A stretch of 64,000 nt of DNA from positions 45-64,044 of the forward strand of contig WRGT01000071.1 of NCBI GenBank assembly GCA_009787025.1, given 5' to 3'. This document shows positions 19,161 through 28,276 of this stretch, in pieces. Origin of the DNA: Spirochaetota bacterium. GTDB taxonomy: Bacteria > Spirochaetota > UBA4802 > UBA5550. A program made the position numbers and the translations under genes. The notes below the pieces were generated by a model. It ran no database searches. It saw nothing but the letters and a program-made list of their open reading frames with translations, and had not been told where the DNA came from. Each line of letters opens with the position of its first letter. Position 1 is the first letter of the stretch.

Positions 19161-19233
19161 GAGCGGATTTTGTCCGCCCGTAAACTCTTTTCCCTCATTT
19201 GAAAATTCCTTTTATAGAGTAAAAACTCTTTCT

Positions 19234-19379
19234 TAAAGTTTTACCCCTACAAGGCTAAAATTACATTTATTTTAAAGTTTTAGCATTGCAAGGGTAAAAC
19301 TTTTATTTTTTAATTTTTTTCCCTATACATAGCTAAAATTCTTGATTTTTTAAAGTTTTACCCTTATAAGGCATTTAAG
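19234..19379. repeat. four copies of a ~24-nt GTTTTACCC-N-GCTAAAA motif in mixed orientation upstream of the AAA ATPase gene
   Basis: Copies at about 19236-19263 (forward), 19274-19303 (palindromic/reverse), 19318-19342 (partial) and 19352-19379 (forward, ending at the start codon). Confidence 0.6.
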
Positions 19380-19387
19380 TGGGAAAT

Positions 19388-20605
19388 ATGATAGGGCGCG
19401 AACAATATATTAAAAATCTTTTGTCTTACAAAGACAATAAACTCATCAAAGTCATTACTGGACTCAGGCGGTGCGGCAAATCGACTTTGCTCCAATTATT
19501 TAAAGAGTATTTATTGCAAAATAATGTTCCAATAGACCATATAATAGATATAAATTTTGAATTGATGACATTTGATGACATCCGGGAATACAAACTATTT
19601 TATAAGCTGATAAGGGACAAGCTTACCGATAAAAAAAAATATTATTTATTGCTTGATGAAATTCAACAAGTCGAACATTGGGAAAAAGCAGTCAATAGCT
19701 TGAATGTGGAAACCGATATAGATGTTGATATTTATATAACAGGTTCTAACGCTCATTTACTCTCCTCTGATATTTCTACGCTATTGTCAGGCAGATATGT
19801 AGAAATCAAAATGCTTACTCTCTCTTTCAAAGAATTTTTACAATTCAATCATCTGCCGGAATTTAGCTTAGAGGAAAAATTTAATCAATACTTAAAATAC
19901 GGCAGCATGCCCGGCGTCGCAACCTTACCGCAAAACGACAATACAATATATCAGTTTCTCCTCGGCGTGTATAATTCTGTAATCGTAAAGGACATCGTAG
20001 CGCGCACAGGAAGTAAAGACACTGATCTGCTTGAAAAATTAGTCCGCTATGTCATCACCAATACTGGAAATATTATATCAAGCAACAAAATCAGCGGTTT
20101 TTTAACAGCTCAAGGGAGGGATGTGTCTGTAAAGTCCACAACAATCGCTTCATATTTGGACGCTCTCGAAAAAGCCTATATCGTTTATAAGTTAGACCGC
20201 TATGACATTAAAGGGAAAGAACAACTAAAAACGCTTTCCAAGTATTACGTTTCCGATACGGGAATACGCAACGCTCTTATGGGTTATGCCGACAGCGATA
20301 TAGGACGCGTTTTAGAAACGGTTATATACTTCGAACTGCTCAGACGCGGCTATCAGGTTTATATTGGCAAATGGTATAACAGCGAGGTAGATTTTTTTGC
20401 TGTCAGGCAAGACATAAAAAAGTATTATCAGGTTACATTGAGTTTAATGGATGAAAGCGTTAAAGAGCGTGAGCTTGCCTCGCTCAAAGCTATACCCGAC
20501 AATTATGAAAAGACAGTACTCTCTATGGATAAAACTTATGCGAGCGATCACGAAGGTATATGTTTTAAGAATATCATAGACTTTTTGTTAGAGGAGACCC
20601 GATAA
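19388..20605 (+). CDS. AAA-family ATPase with C-terminal DUF4143-like domain
   Basis: Walker A GLRRCGKSTL and Walker B LLLDEIQ. About 400 aa, the typical AAA_14 + DUF4143 layout. A GTG at 19379 is an alternative start. Confidence 0.8.
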   Translation: MIGREQYIKNLLSYKDNKLIKVITGLRRCGKSTLLQLFKEYLLQNNVPIDHIIDINFELMTFDDIREYKLFYKLIRDKLTDKKKYYLLLDEIQQVEHWEKAVNSLNVETDIDVDIYITGSNAHLLSSDISTLLSGRYVEIKMLTLSFKEFLQFNHLPEFSLEEKFNQYLKYGSMPGVATLPQNDNTIYQFLLGVYNSVIVKDIVARTGSKDTDLLEKLVRYVITNTGNIISSNKISGFLTAQGRDVSVKSTTIASYLDALEKAYIVYKLDRYDIKGKEQLKTLSKYYVSDTGIRNALMGYADSDIGRVLETVIYFELLRRGYQVYIGKWYNSEVDFFAVRQDIKKYYQVTLSLMDESVKERELASLKAIPDNYEKTVLSMDKTYASDHEGICFKNIIDFLLEETR

Positions 20606-20837
20606 GAGCGACCGATTCGGTCGCAAAACCAGCTGTCCAAATCGCAGGGACAAACAAAAAATAAAGGCTGGGGCTGTCTGATAAGCAACACGCAGGCAAT
20701 TGTATATGTTAAATAATCCCGTAGGGATGAATTGAGATGTTTATAAACGACCCGCTGGAATGTTTATTGTTCCAATCAGGCGCTGGAAAGATTGAGTGAA
20801 AAAATATTTTATTTTCTCATAAAACAAATCGCAGGTC

Positions 20838-21767
20838 TTAGCGAATAAAATCTTCAGGATTCAGAGCCTGCCCCCCTTTCCTTATCTCAAAGTGAAGGTG
20901 CGGACCTGTAACTTTTCCCGTACTTCCAATCTTACCAATGAGATCGCCTTTTTTTACATCCTTGCCTTTTGGTGTTCCAATCTTTGACAGGTGGCCGTAA
21001 TAGGTTGCCAAATCTGCGCCGTGCTGTATAATGATGAGATTCCCATAACCGCTGTTATTATATCCTGCATTAACGACTTCACCTTTTTCAGCAGCATAAA
21101 CAGGAGTCCCTTCAGGCGCTGCAATATCTACGCCCTTGTGAAATGAATTCATCTTTTTTGTAACAGGATCAACCCTGTAACCGAATTTACTTGATAGTTT
21201 TCCTGATGCAGGGATGATCATGTTCCAGTCGGTCTTGCCTGAGTCGCTGTCTTTCTCCGAAGGAATACTGTGAGAAACATAAGCGCCAAAGACCCATCCC
21301 TCATCGCCATTATCTTTTTTTATAAGGAGCCACGGTGATTGCATGGCGTTTATAACATCAACTTTATCAGCTTGAAATAATATCTCAACCCTGTCCTTAA
21401 ACTTTAACTTGCCTATAATCTCGCTTTTAGAATCTCCTTCGGATCTCATATTCAGCGAATCGGTATTCACATAGCCGTAAATTTTCGGAGGGATAGCTCC
21501 GGTGTAATGATAACCTGCATTCACAATCCCTGTTGCCAGATCTACATCAAGGGGAATGTCAAACGACACCTGTTCGTTAGGTATGCCGTCTCTGAACTCT
21601 TTTAGAAAGGAATTAAACTCCTTTAATATTGCATCACGTTTTTTTAAATCTGAGGTTTTCTGTTTTTCTACATCCTGCTTGTGCTGCTTAGAATATCTAT
21701 TTGCTTTTATGGTATCTGATAGCGGAATTAATATAACAAAAAAAATTAAAATGAATATTTTCTTCAT
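20838..21767 (-). CDS. M23-family peptidoglycan endopeptidase with SH3-like domain
   Basis: HKGVDIAAPEGTPVYA and GPHLHFEI motifs. N-terminal signal peptide. Confidence 0.88.
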   Translation of the reverse strand: MKKIFILIFFVILIPLSDTIKANRYSKQHKQDVEKQKTSDLKKRDAILKEFNSFLKEFRDGIPNEQVSFDIPLDVDLATGIVNAGYHYTGAIPPKIYGYVNTDSLNMRSEGDSKSEIIGKLKFKDRVEILFQADKVDVINAMQSPWLLIKKDNGDEGWVFGAYVSHSIPSEKDSDSGKTDWNMIIPASGKLSSKFGYRVDPVTKKMNSFHKGVDIAAPEGTPVYAAEKGEVVNAGYNNSGYGNLIIIQHGADLATYYGHLSKIGTPKGKDVKKGDLIGKIGSTGKVTGPHLHFEIRKGGQALNPEDFIR

Positions 21768-22010
21768 GACACTGCCCCATAGCTGTTCTTAACTATATTT
21801 TCGGCAAATAATCTGCAAAAAGGATTAATAAGTTATAACAGATTTTTATTATATTATTTTATTTAAAACAATTTGACAAAATAAGTAATCAATAGTTTTT
21901 AGAAAACAAAAAGCTCTTTTATTTACACACAAATTAAAGTAATTGTGTTTAATTATTCATTTGGGTTTATATAACAAAATTCTATTATAATAAATAGAGG
22001 TAAGCCAAAT

Positions 22011-23621
22011 ATGTACAGTGCAATAAAACAGATCCTTTTCTGGGAGAGAGAAAGATTTCAAAATACATATTCCGGAGAATTGAATTACCAGTGTAATCTG
22101 ATTATAGCGCCAGCTGCAATCATCTGCTTATTTGCATGGATCGGATATATAAAAACAGACAGTCTGCTCCACCCTGACAAACCATTGATTATCTATTTTA
22201 GATACGGCTTATCCGTTGTTGGATTTATTGTTCTTATTCTGCAATTTATACCGTTTTTCAAACAAAGAAGTATGCTTCTACTTACAGCTACGGGATTTTA
22301 TTTAGAGATTGCCACAGGAATACTTACAGGGATTACAGGCGGCGATCCTACTTATGTTGCAGGCTTTTTTTTCATTTTGATTCTGATTATAGTTGCCCCA
22401 ATATTTAAATCATTGCTTTGGCTTATGATACTCTCTGCTGTTTCCTCATTTTTAATAACAGGACGTATGCATGGGCTCACTTTTTTAACTACCAGACAGC
22501 AATATACGTTAAATGATTTAATAGCTATCTCGGTTGTCAGTTCCTTCTTTGTCTTTGTATTAGATAGAATGAGATTCTCCAGAATGAGAAAAGCTATGGA
22601 ATTAGAGGAAACAAAAGAAGAGATAGAGATAGAAAAAAACAGAATGACAGAAATAATAATTGAGGCAAAAAATTTGATTGAACATGTTACTGAGACAACA
22701 GATTATCTTAGTAAATTTACAAAAGATATTAATCATTCAATTGATGAACAATCTCCAATATTTGAAAAGACTATGGCGTCATCAACAAATGTAATTGATT
22801 CTTTTGATATGATAACCACCCATACAATTGGTCAGATTGATTTTAACGAAAATGGCAAACTCCTGATAACCAAATTAAAAGATGAATTTAACAATACGCT
22901 CTCATCAAGCGATTCAATTCAAAAAGACGCCTCTGATATAGGCGCTCTTGCCGATAAATGTCAAAATAAGCTTAACAATGCCTCAACGACAATTACTACA
23001 CTAAAGGATGAGTCATCAAGGATAGCTGAAATATCAAAAACCATTAATGAAATTGCAGATATGACAGCTCTCCTCTCCCTTAATGCATCAATAGAATCTG
23101 CAAGAGCAGGCGAACACGGACGCGGCTTTGCTGTTGTTGCCGATGAAATTTCAAAATTAGCAGAAGGGAGTATGAATTCTGCAAAAGAGATCAGCAGTAT
23201 CACCAAATTATCTGTTAATAGAATTATGGAAGCTTCCGACCAGGTCTTTGAAACAGCTGCAATACTAAAAGAGATAATAGCTATTATGAATAATAATAGA
23301 GCCTTCATTGCATCCCTTAATGATATGATCTCCAATTTAGGACTACGCCTGCAGGATCTTTTAAATTATTTTGAACTTTCGGTTAAATATGCTCATATGA
23401 TAGGAGATCTAACCGAAAAAAACAGCGAGGAGATAAGTACCTATCAAACAATGATTGCCAATATAGGGGACTTCTACTCAAATTTAAATAGCACGAGTGA
23501 TAAATTATCAGAGATTTCTTTAAACGTTAATAATGAAATCTTTAAACTTGAAGATATTCTCAAAAATAATGATGAACTTATCAATAGTAATGATTCTGAT
23601 GAGTTTGATGAATATGATTAA
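22011..23621 (+). CDS. methyl-accepting chemotaxis protein with polytopic N-terminal membrane domain
   Basis: The signalling hairpin core LLSLNASIESARAGEHGRGFAVVADEISKLAE. About 6 N-terminal TM helices. Confidence 0.85.
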   Translation: MYSAIKQILFWERERFQNTYSGELNYQCNLIIAPAAIICLFAWIGYIKTDSLLHPDKPLIIYFRYGLSVVGFIVLILQFIPFFKQRSMLLLTATGFYLEIATGILTGITGGDPTYVAGFFFILILIIVAPIFKSLLWLMILSAVSSFLITGRMHGLTFLTTRQQYTLNDLIAISVVSSFFVFVLDRMRFSRMRKAMELEETKEEIEIEKNRMTEIIIEAKNLIEHVTETTDYLSKFTKDINHSIDEQSPIFEKTMASSTNVIDSFDMITTHTIGQIDFNENGKLLITKLKDEFNNTLSSSDSIQKDASDIGALADKCQNKLNNASTTITTLKDESSRIAEISKTINEIADMTALLSLNASIESARAGEHGRGFAVVADEISKLAEGSMNSAKEISSITKLSVNRIMEASDQVFETAAILKEIIAIMNNNRAFIASLNDMISNLGLRLQDLLNYFELSVKYAHMIGDLTEKNSEEISTYQTMIANIGDFYSNLNSTSDKLSEISLNVNNEIFKLEDILKNNDELINSNDSDEFDEYD

Positions 23622-23732
23622 CTCAAGTCTATATTCATAATCTGTTTTTTAATGAGTTTATTAGATTTTTCTGTTGAATAAAGACAGGCATATAACTAAT
23701 TGAACTGATAGTGAGATAATAGTTGATTCATT

Positions 23733-25001
23733 ATGAAAGTTTTAAAATTCGGCGGAGCATCCGTAAAGGATGCAGATTCGGTAAAAAATGTTGCAAATAT
23801 CCTCTCTCTTTACAGAGGAGAAAAGATCGTTGCCGTAATCTCAGCAATGGGTAAAACCACAAATGCTCTGGAAAAACTTCTCAGCGCTTATTATTACAGC
23901 TCCGGAGATATTGACGAAGAGTTTTCAAAAATTAAAGCATACCATATAGATATAGCTAAGGGATTATTTACAGATTCTAACCACGAAATATACTCAGAGC
24001 TTGAGAATATCTTTGCATTTCTAAAAACAAAATTACTTCTTCCGAATTCGGATAACTATGACTATGAGTATGACCAAATTGTATCTATAGGAGAAATAAT
24101 ATCATCTAAAATTCTCAGCGCTTACCTAAATTCGGCTGGTATAAATAACAGCTGGATAGATGCAAGAGCAGTTATAAGAACAGACCATATATACAGAGAA
24201 GCAAGAATTGATTGGACTAAAACCGTTGAATTAGTTAAAGACTCAATGCAGTTTAACCATGAAAAAATTTATGTTACTCAGGGATTTATCGGTTCCACTG
24301 CCGAACATATTACAACCACACTTGGACGGGAAGGCTCCGACTTTTCAGCTGCGATCTTAGCTTACAGCTTAAACGCAGAAGAAGTAATAATATGGAAGGA
24401 TGTGTCCGGCGTGCTAAATGCAGATCCGAAATACTTTGATAATACTATAAAACTTGATCAGCTTTCATATCATGATGCCATAGAGCTTGCATATTATGGA
24501 GCAAGCGTTATACATCCAAAGACAATAAAACCTCTTCAAAATAAAAAAATTCCTCTTTATGTTAAATCATTTACAAATCCAAAGATTGAAGGGACTATAA
24601 TTCGGAGTGATAAAACCGAGCTTGCCATACCGTCATTTATTTTTAAGATGAATCAGGTTCTTATAACCATAGCGTCAAGGGATTTCTCTTTTATTGCGGA
24701 ACAGAATCTTGGAGATATCTTCTATAAGCTGTCTAATCTGGGCGTAAGGATAAATGTAATGCAGAACACAGCTCTGAGCTTTTCCATATCTGTTGACTGG
24801 AATGAAAAAAAAATCCCTGAGCTGATAAAATTATTGGAGAAAGACTATATAATAAAATATAACACGAATCTTGAGCTTGTAACTATAAGAAATTATGATA
24901 ATGAAACAATAGAACGCGTAACAATAAATAAAGAGATACTCCTTGAAGAAAAATCAAGAAACACTATACAGATGGTAATGAGGGATATTGCAATCCTTTA
25001 A
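23733..25001 (+). CDS. aspartate kinase
   Basis: N-terminus MKVLKFGGASV. 422 aa with C-terminal ACT-like region. Confidence 0.85.
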   Translation: MKVLKFGGASVKDADSVKNVANILSLYRGEKIVAVISAMGKTTNALEKLLSAYYYSSGDIDEEFSKIKAYHIDIAKGLFTDSNHEIYSELENIFAFLKTKLLLPNSDNYDYEYDQIVSIGEIISSKILSAYLNSAGINNSWIDARAVIRTDHIYREARIDWTKTVELVKDSMQFNHEKIYVTQGFIGSTAEHITTTLGREGSDFSAAILAYSLNAEEVIIWKDVSGVLNADPKYFDNTIKLDQLSYHDAIELAYYGASVIHPKTIKPLQNKKIPLYVKSFTNPKIEGTIIRSDKTELAIPSFIFKMNQVLITIASRDFSFIAEQNLGDIFYKLSNLGVRINVMQNTALSFSISVDWNEKKIPELIKLLEKDYIIKYNTNLELVTIRNYDNETIERVTINKEILLEEKSRNTIQMVMRDIAIL

Positions 25002-25038
25002 AGTATCCTATAAGGACAGATGTATCTGCAAGTATCAT

Positions 25039-25235
25039 CTATTTCCTCATAGCCTTATAATCGGGATGATCGCTGAATTTAATTTTCCCTCTTAATTCTT
25101 TGATATTTTTTCTTTTTCTGTATTTACATATTCTCTTAAAGCCGTTTCAACTAATTCCTTTTTAGTGGTGATTGTCTGAGAATATTTAAAAGCCTCTTCC
25201 ACCAATTCATCATTTAGTAAAATATTTGTCCTCAT
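25039..25235 (-). pseudogene. frameshifted VapB/DUF2191-type antitoxin, orphan
   Basis: MRTNILLNDELVEEAFKYSQTITTKKELVETALREYV then a stop. A shifted frame continues KNIKELRGKIKFSDHPDYKAMRK. The break lies in an A-rich run. No PIN gene is adjacent. Confidence 0.6.
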
Positions 25236-25384
25236 GATCTACCTCCGATACACATAGTAATACACGGAATAATACAATAATACATAAAAAATTTTAAGTC
25301 TTTTCTAAAAAATTATAGATAAGCAATGCACAATGCGCAATAGGCAAGAAGTAAAAATCATTGTGCATAGATTGAGTAACCTGA

Positions 25385-25478
25385 GCGCGGCAATCCAGAG
25401 TCTTAATTTATTCAGCCGGATTGCCGCGCCGAGTTTACATTATATTACAATGAAAGTTAAAATACGGTTCGCAATGAC
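25385..25478. repeat. truncated, inverted copy of the GIY-YIG-element arm plus central hairpin
   Basis: GCGCGGCAATCCAG-loop-CCGGATTGCCGCGCCGAGTTTACATT...AAAATACGGTTCGCAATGAC. The loop is the reverse complement of the loop at 1493-1514. Confidence 0.7.
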
Positions 25479-25608
25479 GTAATTGTCCAATCCATCATGT
25501 CTTGAGCGGAAACAATTCCGGCTAATACCAGCCCTAAAAGCGGTATTACCAATAATTTTTTGTTTGCCACAGTATTTATCTCCATTGTTCCATGCTGATT
25601 TTCAGCGC

Positions 25609-26295
25609 TTAACGCCCCGAACTCCGCAATTGCTCGTCTAAGACTTTTGCATCCTGATAATTAGGATTAAGCTGTAAAGCCTTGTTCACGTCCGCGCGGG
25701 CTTTTGCGTAATCATCAGTCATGTTATAACAGCGAGCGCGGTACACGTATGAGGAAGGGATATTGGGATTCATCTTAATCGCCTGGCTTAAATCCGCAAT
25801 GGCTTTGTAAACCAATTTAGGATCTCCGAACACTGAGCTATTAAGATAAGCGGCGCCGCGTTTTCGGTACGCAAATTCGGTATCGGGGTTAAGTTTAAGA
25901 GCCTGGTTAAAATCAGCAATGGCTTTGTCAGGATCTCCACTGGCAAGATACGCCTCGCCCCGTTGTTCCAAAACGTTATAACTTTTAGGGTTTATTGTAA
26001 GCGCCTTGGTAAAGTCCTCGATGGCTTTTCCATTTTCCCCGCTCATATAATATGACATACCGCGATTGTAAAGCTGTACCCAGTCTTTTGGATTAAGCTT
26101 GAGCGCCTGGGTATAATCCGCAATGGCTTTGCCATATTCCTGGCTTTTGTAGTATTGGCCGGCACGCGTACTGAATTCCTCCGCCGTTTTGGGCGCTTTC
26201 TGCGCAAATGCCGCCTGCCCAAAAAACATTGGGGCGCAGGACAAAACCGATAGCAGTATTACCGCTATTCCAATCTTTTTTCTAAACATCAACAT
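25609..26295 (-). CDS. TPR-repeat exported protein
   Basis: Signal peptide followed by five or more TPR units (repeated AIADxxQALKLNP pattern). Confidence 0.85.
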   Translation of the reverse strand: MLMFRKKIGIAVILLSVLSCAPMFFGQAAFAQKAPKTAEEFSTRAGQYYKSQEYGKAIADYTQALKLNPKDWVQLYNRGMSYYMSGENGKAIEDFTKALTINPKSYNVLEQRGEAYLASGDPDKAIADFNQALKLNPDTEFAYRKRGAAYLNSSVFGDPKLVYKAIADLSQAIKMNPNIPSSYVYRARCYNMTDDYAKARADVNKALQLNPNYQDAKVLDEQLRSSGR

Positions 26296-26358
26296 AATAA
26301 ACTCCTTCTTAGTGTTTTTTTTCGGGCGCCGGGTACATAGTACCTGACGCCATTTTAT

Positions 26359-26463
26359 TTAGTCCTTAAAGACAACTTCTCCCTCATGGGATACTGTAAC
26401 ATTCGATAAGGTAAATCCTTTCCCGCTTTCGCATACAACCCGAATGTCAAACTTGTTATTGAG
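26359..26463 (-). pseudogene. C-terminal fragment of a paralog of the adjacent secreted protein
   Basis: Translates to LNNKFDIRVVCESGKGFTLSNVTVSHEGEVVFKD*, parallel to KENKFHVRAVTKKGETFTLSNIVIAPNGTVEIRR* of 26485-27021. A stop lies immediately upstream. Confidence 0.55.
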
Positions 26464-26484
26464 TTATAATCAGCGTTGAAAGCC

Positions 26485-27021
26485 TTACCTCCTAATCTCA
26501 ACAGTCCCATTTGGAGCTATCACAATATTTGACAGGGTAAATGTCTCCCCCTTCTTGGTAACAGCACGAACATGAAACTTGTTTTCCTTATTTCGTGCAT
26601 GCAACGGAATCGAAAAACTTTCACCGCCGATTAGTTCTCTACCCGCATATATTAAATTGTCTCCCCACCCTGTGGTGGACGAAGACACAGCAGACATTAT
26701 CCACAGTCCTGTGATGTACTCCCCCGACCCAAGACGGTTATAGACATAAAAGCTCGTTGTCAGATTTGGATCCGCCTTCGGTATCGCTCTTCCTTTTCCC
26801 GGATTTGAGGTCCAACTGCCGTCCGCATTCTGGTTCCAGCCCTCTCCTTTGCTCGCAGAACTATCGGATTTAGTCGTAGAACTATTAGATTTAGTCGTAG
26901 AACTATCTAGAATTGATGAAACCGGAACACTTGATGAATTGGATTTAATCTTATTAAGTGTTTGACATGAGACACTAAAAAAAGCGGCAATAACAATTAA
27001 ACCGATTACTTTAATTTTCAT
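26485..27021 (-). CDS. secreted/lipoprotein with Ser/Thr-rich linker
   Basis: Signal peptide ending FFSVSC. The linker has a 21-bp tandem DNA repeat encoding SSTTKS(N/D). Confidence 0.6.
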   Translation of the reverse strand: MKIKVIGLIVIAAFFSVSCQTLNKIKSNSSSVPVSSILDSSTTKSNSSTTKSDSSASKGEGWNQNADGSWTSNPGKGRAIPKADPNLTTSFYVYNRLGSGEYITGLWIMSAVSSSTTGWGDNLIYAGRELIGGESFSIPLHARNKENKFHVRAVTKKGETFTLSNIVIAPNGTVEIRR

Positions 27022-27339
27022 CTTTTTCTCCTTTTGTTTTTTTAAATTTTTTGTTTTTTACGTATATCCGTTAAACTACGGATAAAATACTATATTGTTC
27101 AACCGTTTTACAGGCAGACAATCACAAGGCTATAATGACGGGCGCAGACGCGGCTGCCCATTTACGATTTTTATTAAATAAAGAAAAGTCTTGACTTTTA
27201 GGAAAAGATTACAAAGTTGTCTGTCTGTCGAGGCATTTTGTCCCTCCTGTAAAAAGTCAACTGTTTTGATTTAAGTCATTCTTTTTTTTATTATTTGTAT
27301 GCAGTTTGTTTTGTATATGCTGCGGTGTCAAGGAAAAAA

Positions 27340-27780
27340 TAACATACAATCGGCAGGCCGTTTACGTTCAGGTTAACCGTTTACGTCCCGGCAAACCAAA
27401 TATATTCGCGGGACGCCGAGGCGGCGTCCCCTGCGCAGGGATTGCTGCCCGCAACACATTGTCTGAACCACGATTTTGACAAAATTTTCAGGATTACCGG
27501 GATTATTATTTGCTGTATGCAATACGCCTGCAAATGTGTCACGATGCCGAACGTTTGAAGGAATGCAACCAATGCGTAGTAGGGGCTGCCGCCCTCGGCA
27601 GACCGGTTACATTTTCGGCAGACCGTGTTTAATCAACCAAACCGTATATTTTACCAACCGAACCGCAAAAACGCATTTATGAAACAAGAAATATCATAAA
27701 CAATTTGAAACGGGTAACAACCACGGCAATGCAAACGGGACGCCGAGGGCGTATAGACAAGGCATGCCTTGTCTATACAA
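27340..27780. repeat. GC-enriched patch of short direct and palindromic repeats (REP/BIME-like)
   Basis: Hairpin GGGACGCC-GAGGC-GGCGTCCC (27410-27430). Perfect 28-nt palindrome at 27751-27778. Direct repeats CCGTTTACGT x2 and CGGCAGACCG x2. No ORF with an RBS. Confidence 0.65.
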
Positions 27781-28276
27781 ATTTATATAAAAAAATTTAT
27801 CCGCACAAATAACAATTAACAATTCTGCAAATTTCCGTGTAAACCTGTAACCGCAAAATCATTATAATATTATAAATCCGGGTTTAAGCAAAAAATATTT
27901 CAATATAAAGCCATAATTGATATATTTGTATATAAAAATATAATATTATATTGAAATTCCATAATACGCTCCTGATATTTTTCGTTAATCCAATTATTTC
28001 TTTAACCGAACTTAAATATTATCACAGAAAAATGAAATATTATATAATGTTTTATTTTTTTTCTTGAAAAAATGATAACAAATTAATAACATCTGCATAG
28101 AATATTTATAATAGAAATATAGTTTAATAAAATTAAATAATAGATGACAAGTGATTTTGCCGGTTTGATTTCCACAAAAATTATGCAATTCGTTACTTAA
28201 TTTTTTTAAAAAAACTGTATTTCTAAATCTTTTTATGTCGGAACAAATAATAAAATTATTTTTAAAAGAGGGCCCC

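Noticed and set aside
19234-19379. Possible miniature CRISPR array, because the motif GTTTTAGCATTGCAAGGGTAAAAC looks like a CRISPR repeat.
   Set aside because: There are only about four copies, in mixed orientation, with irregular and very short spacing (about 10-45 nt). No cas genes are present in the window. It is treated as an operator-like repeat cluster instead.
25457-25585. 42-codon minus-strand ORF (MEINTVANKKLLVIPLLGLVLAGIVSAQDMMDWTITSLRTVF) just downstream of the TPR gene, with a signal-peptide-like segment.
   Set aside because: It has no convincing SD, and its C-terminal third is encoded by the dispersed hairpin-repeat copy. Coding status cannot be supported from sequence alone.
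27381-27682. Track ORFs 27381-27572 (-) and 27476-27682 (+) in the gap upstream of hox.
   Set aside because: They overlap each other on opposite strands and lack ribosome-binding sites. Their Arg/Cys/Gly/Pro-rich composition is typical of reading through GC-rich palindromic repeats. They are not credible genes.
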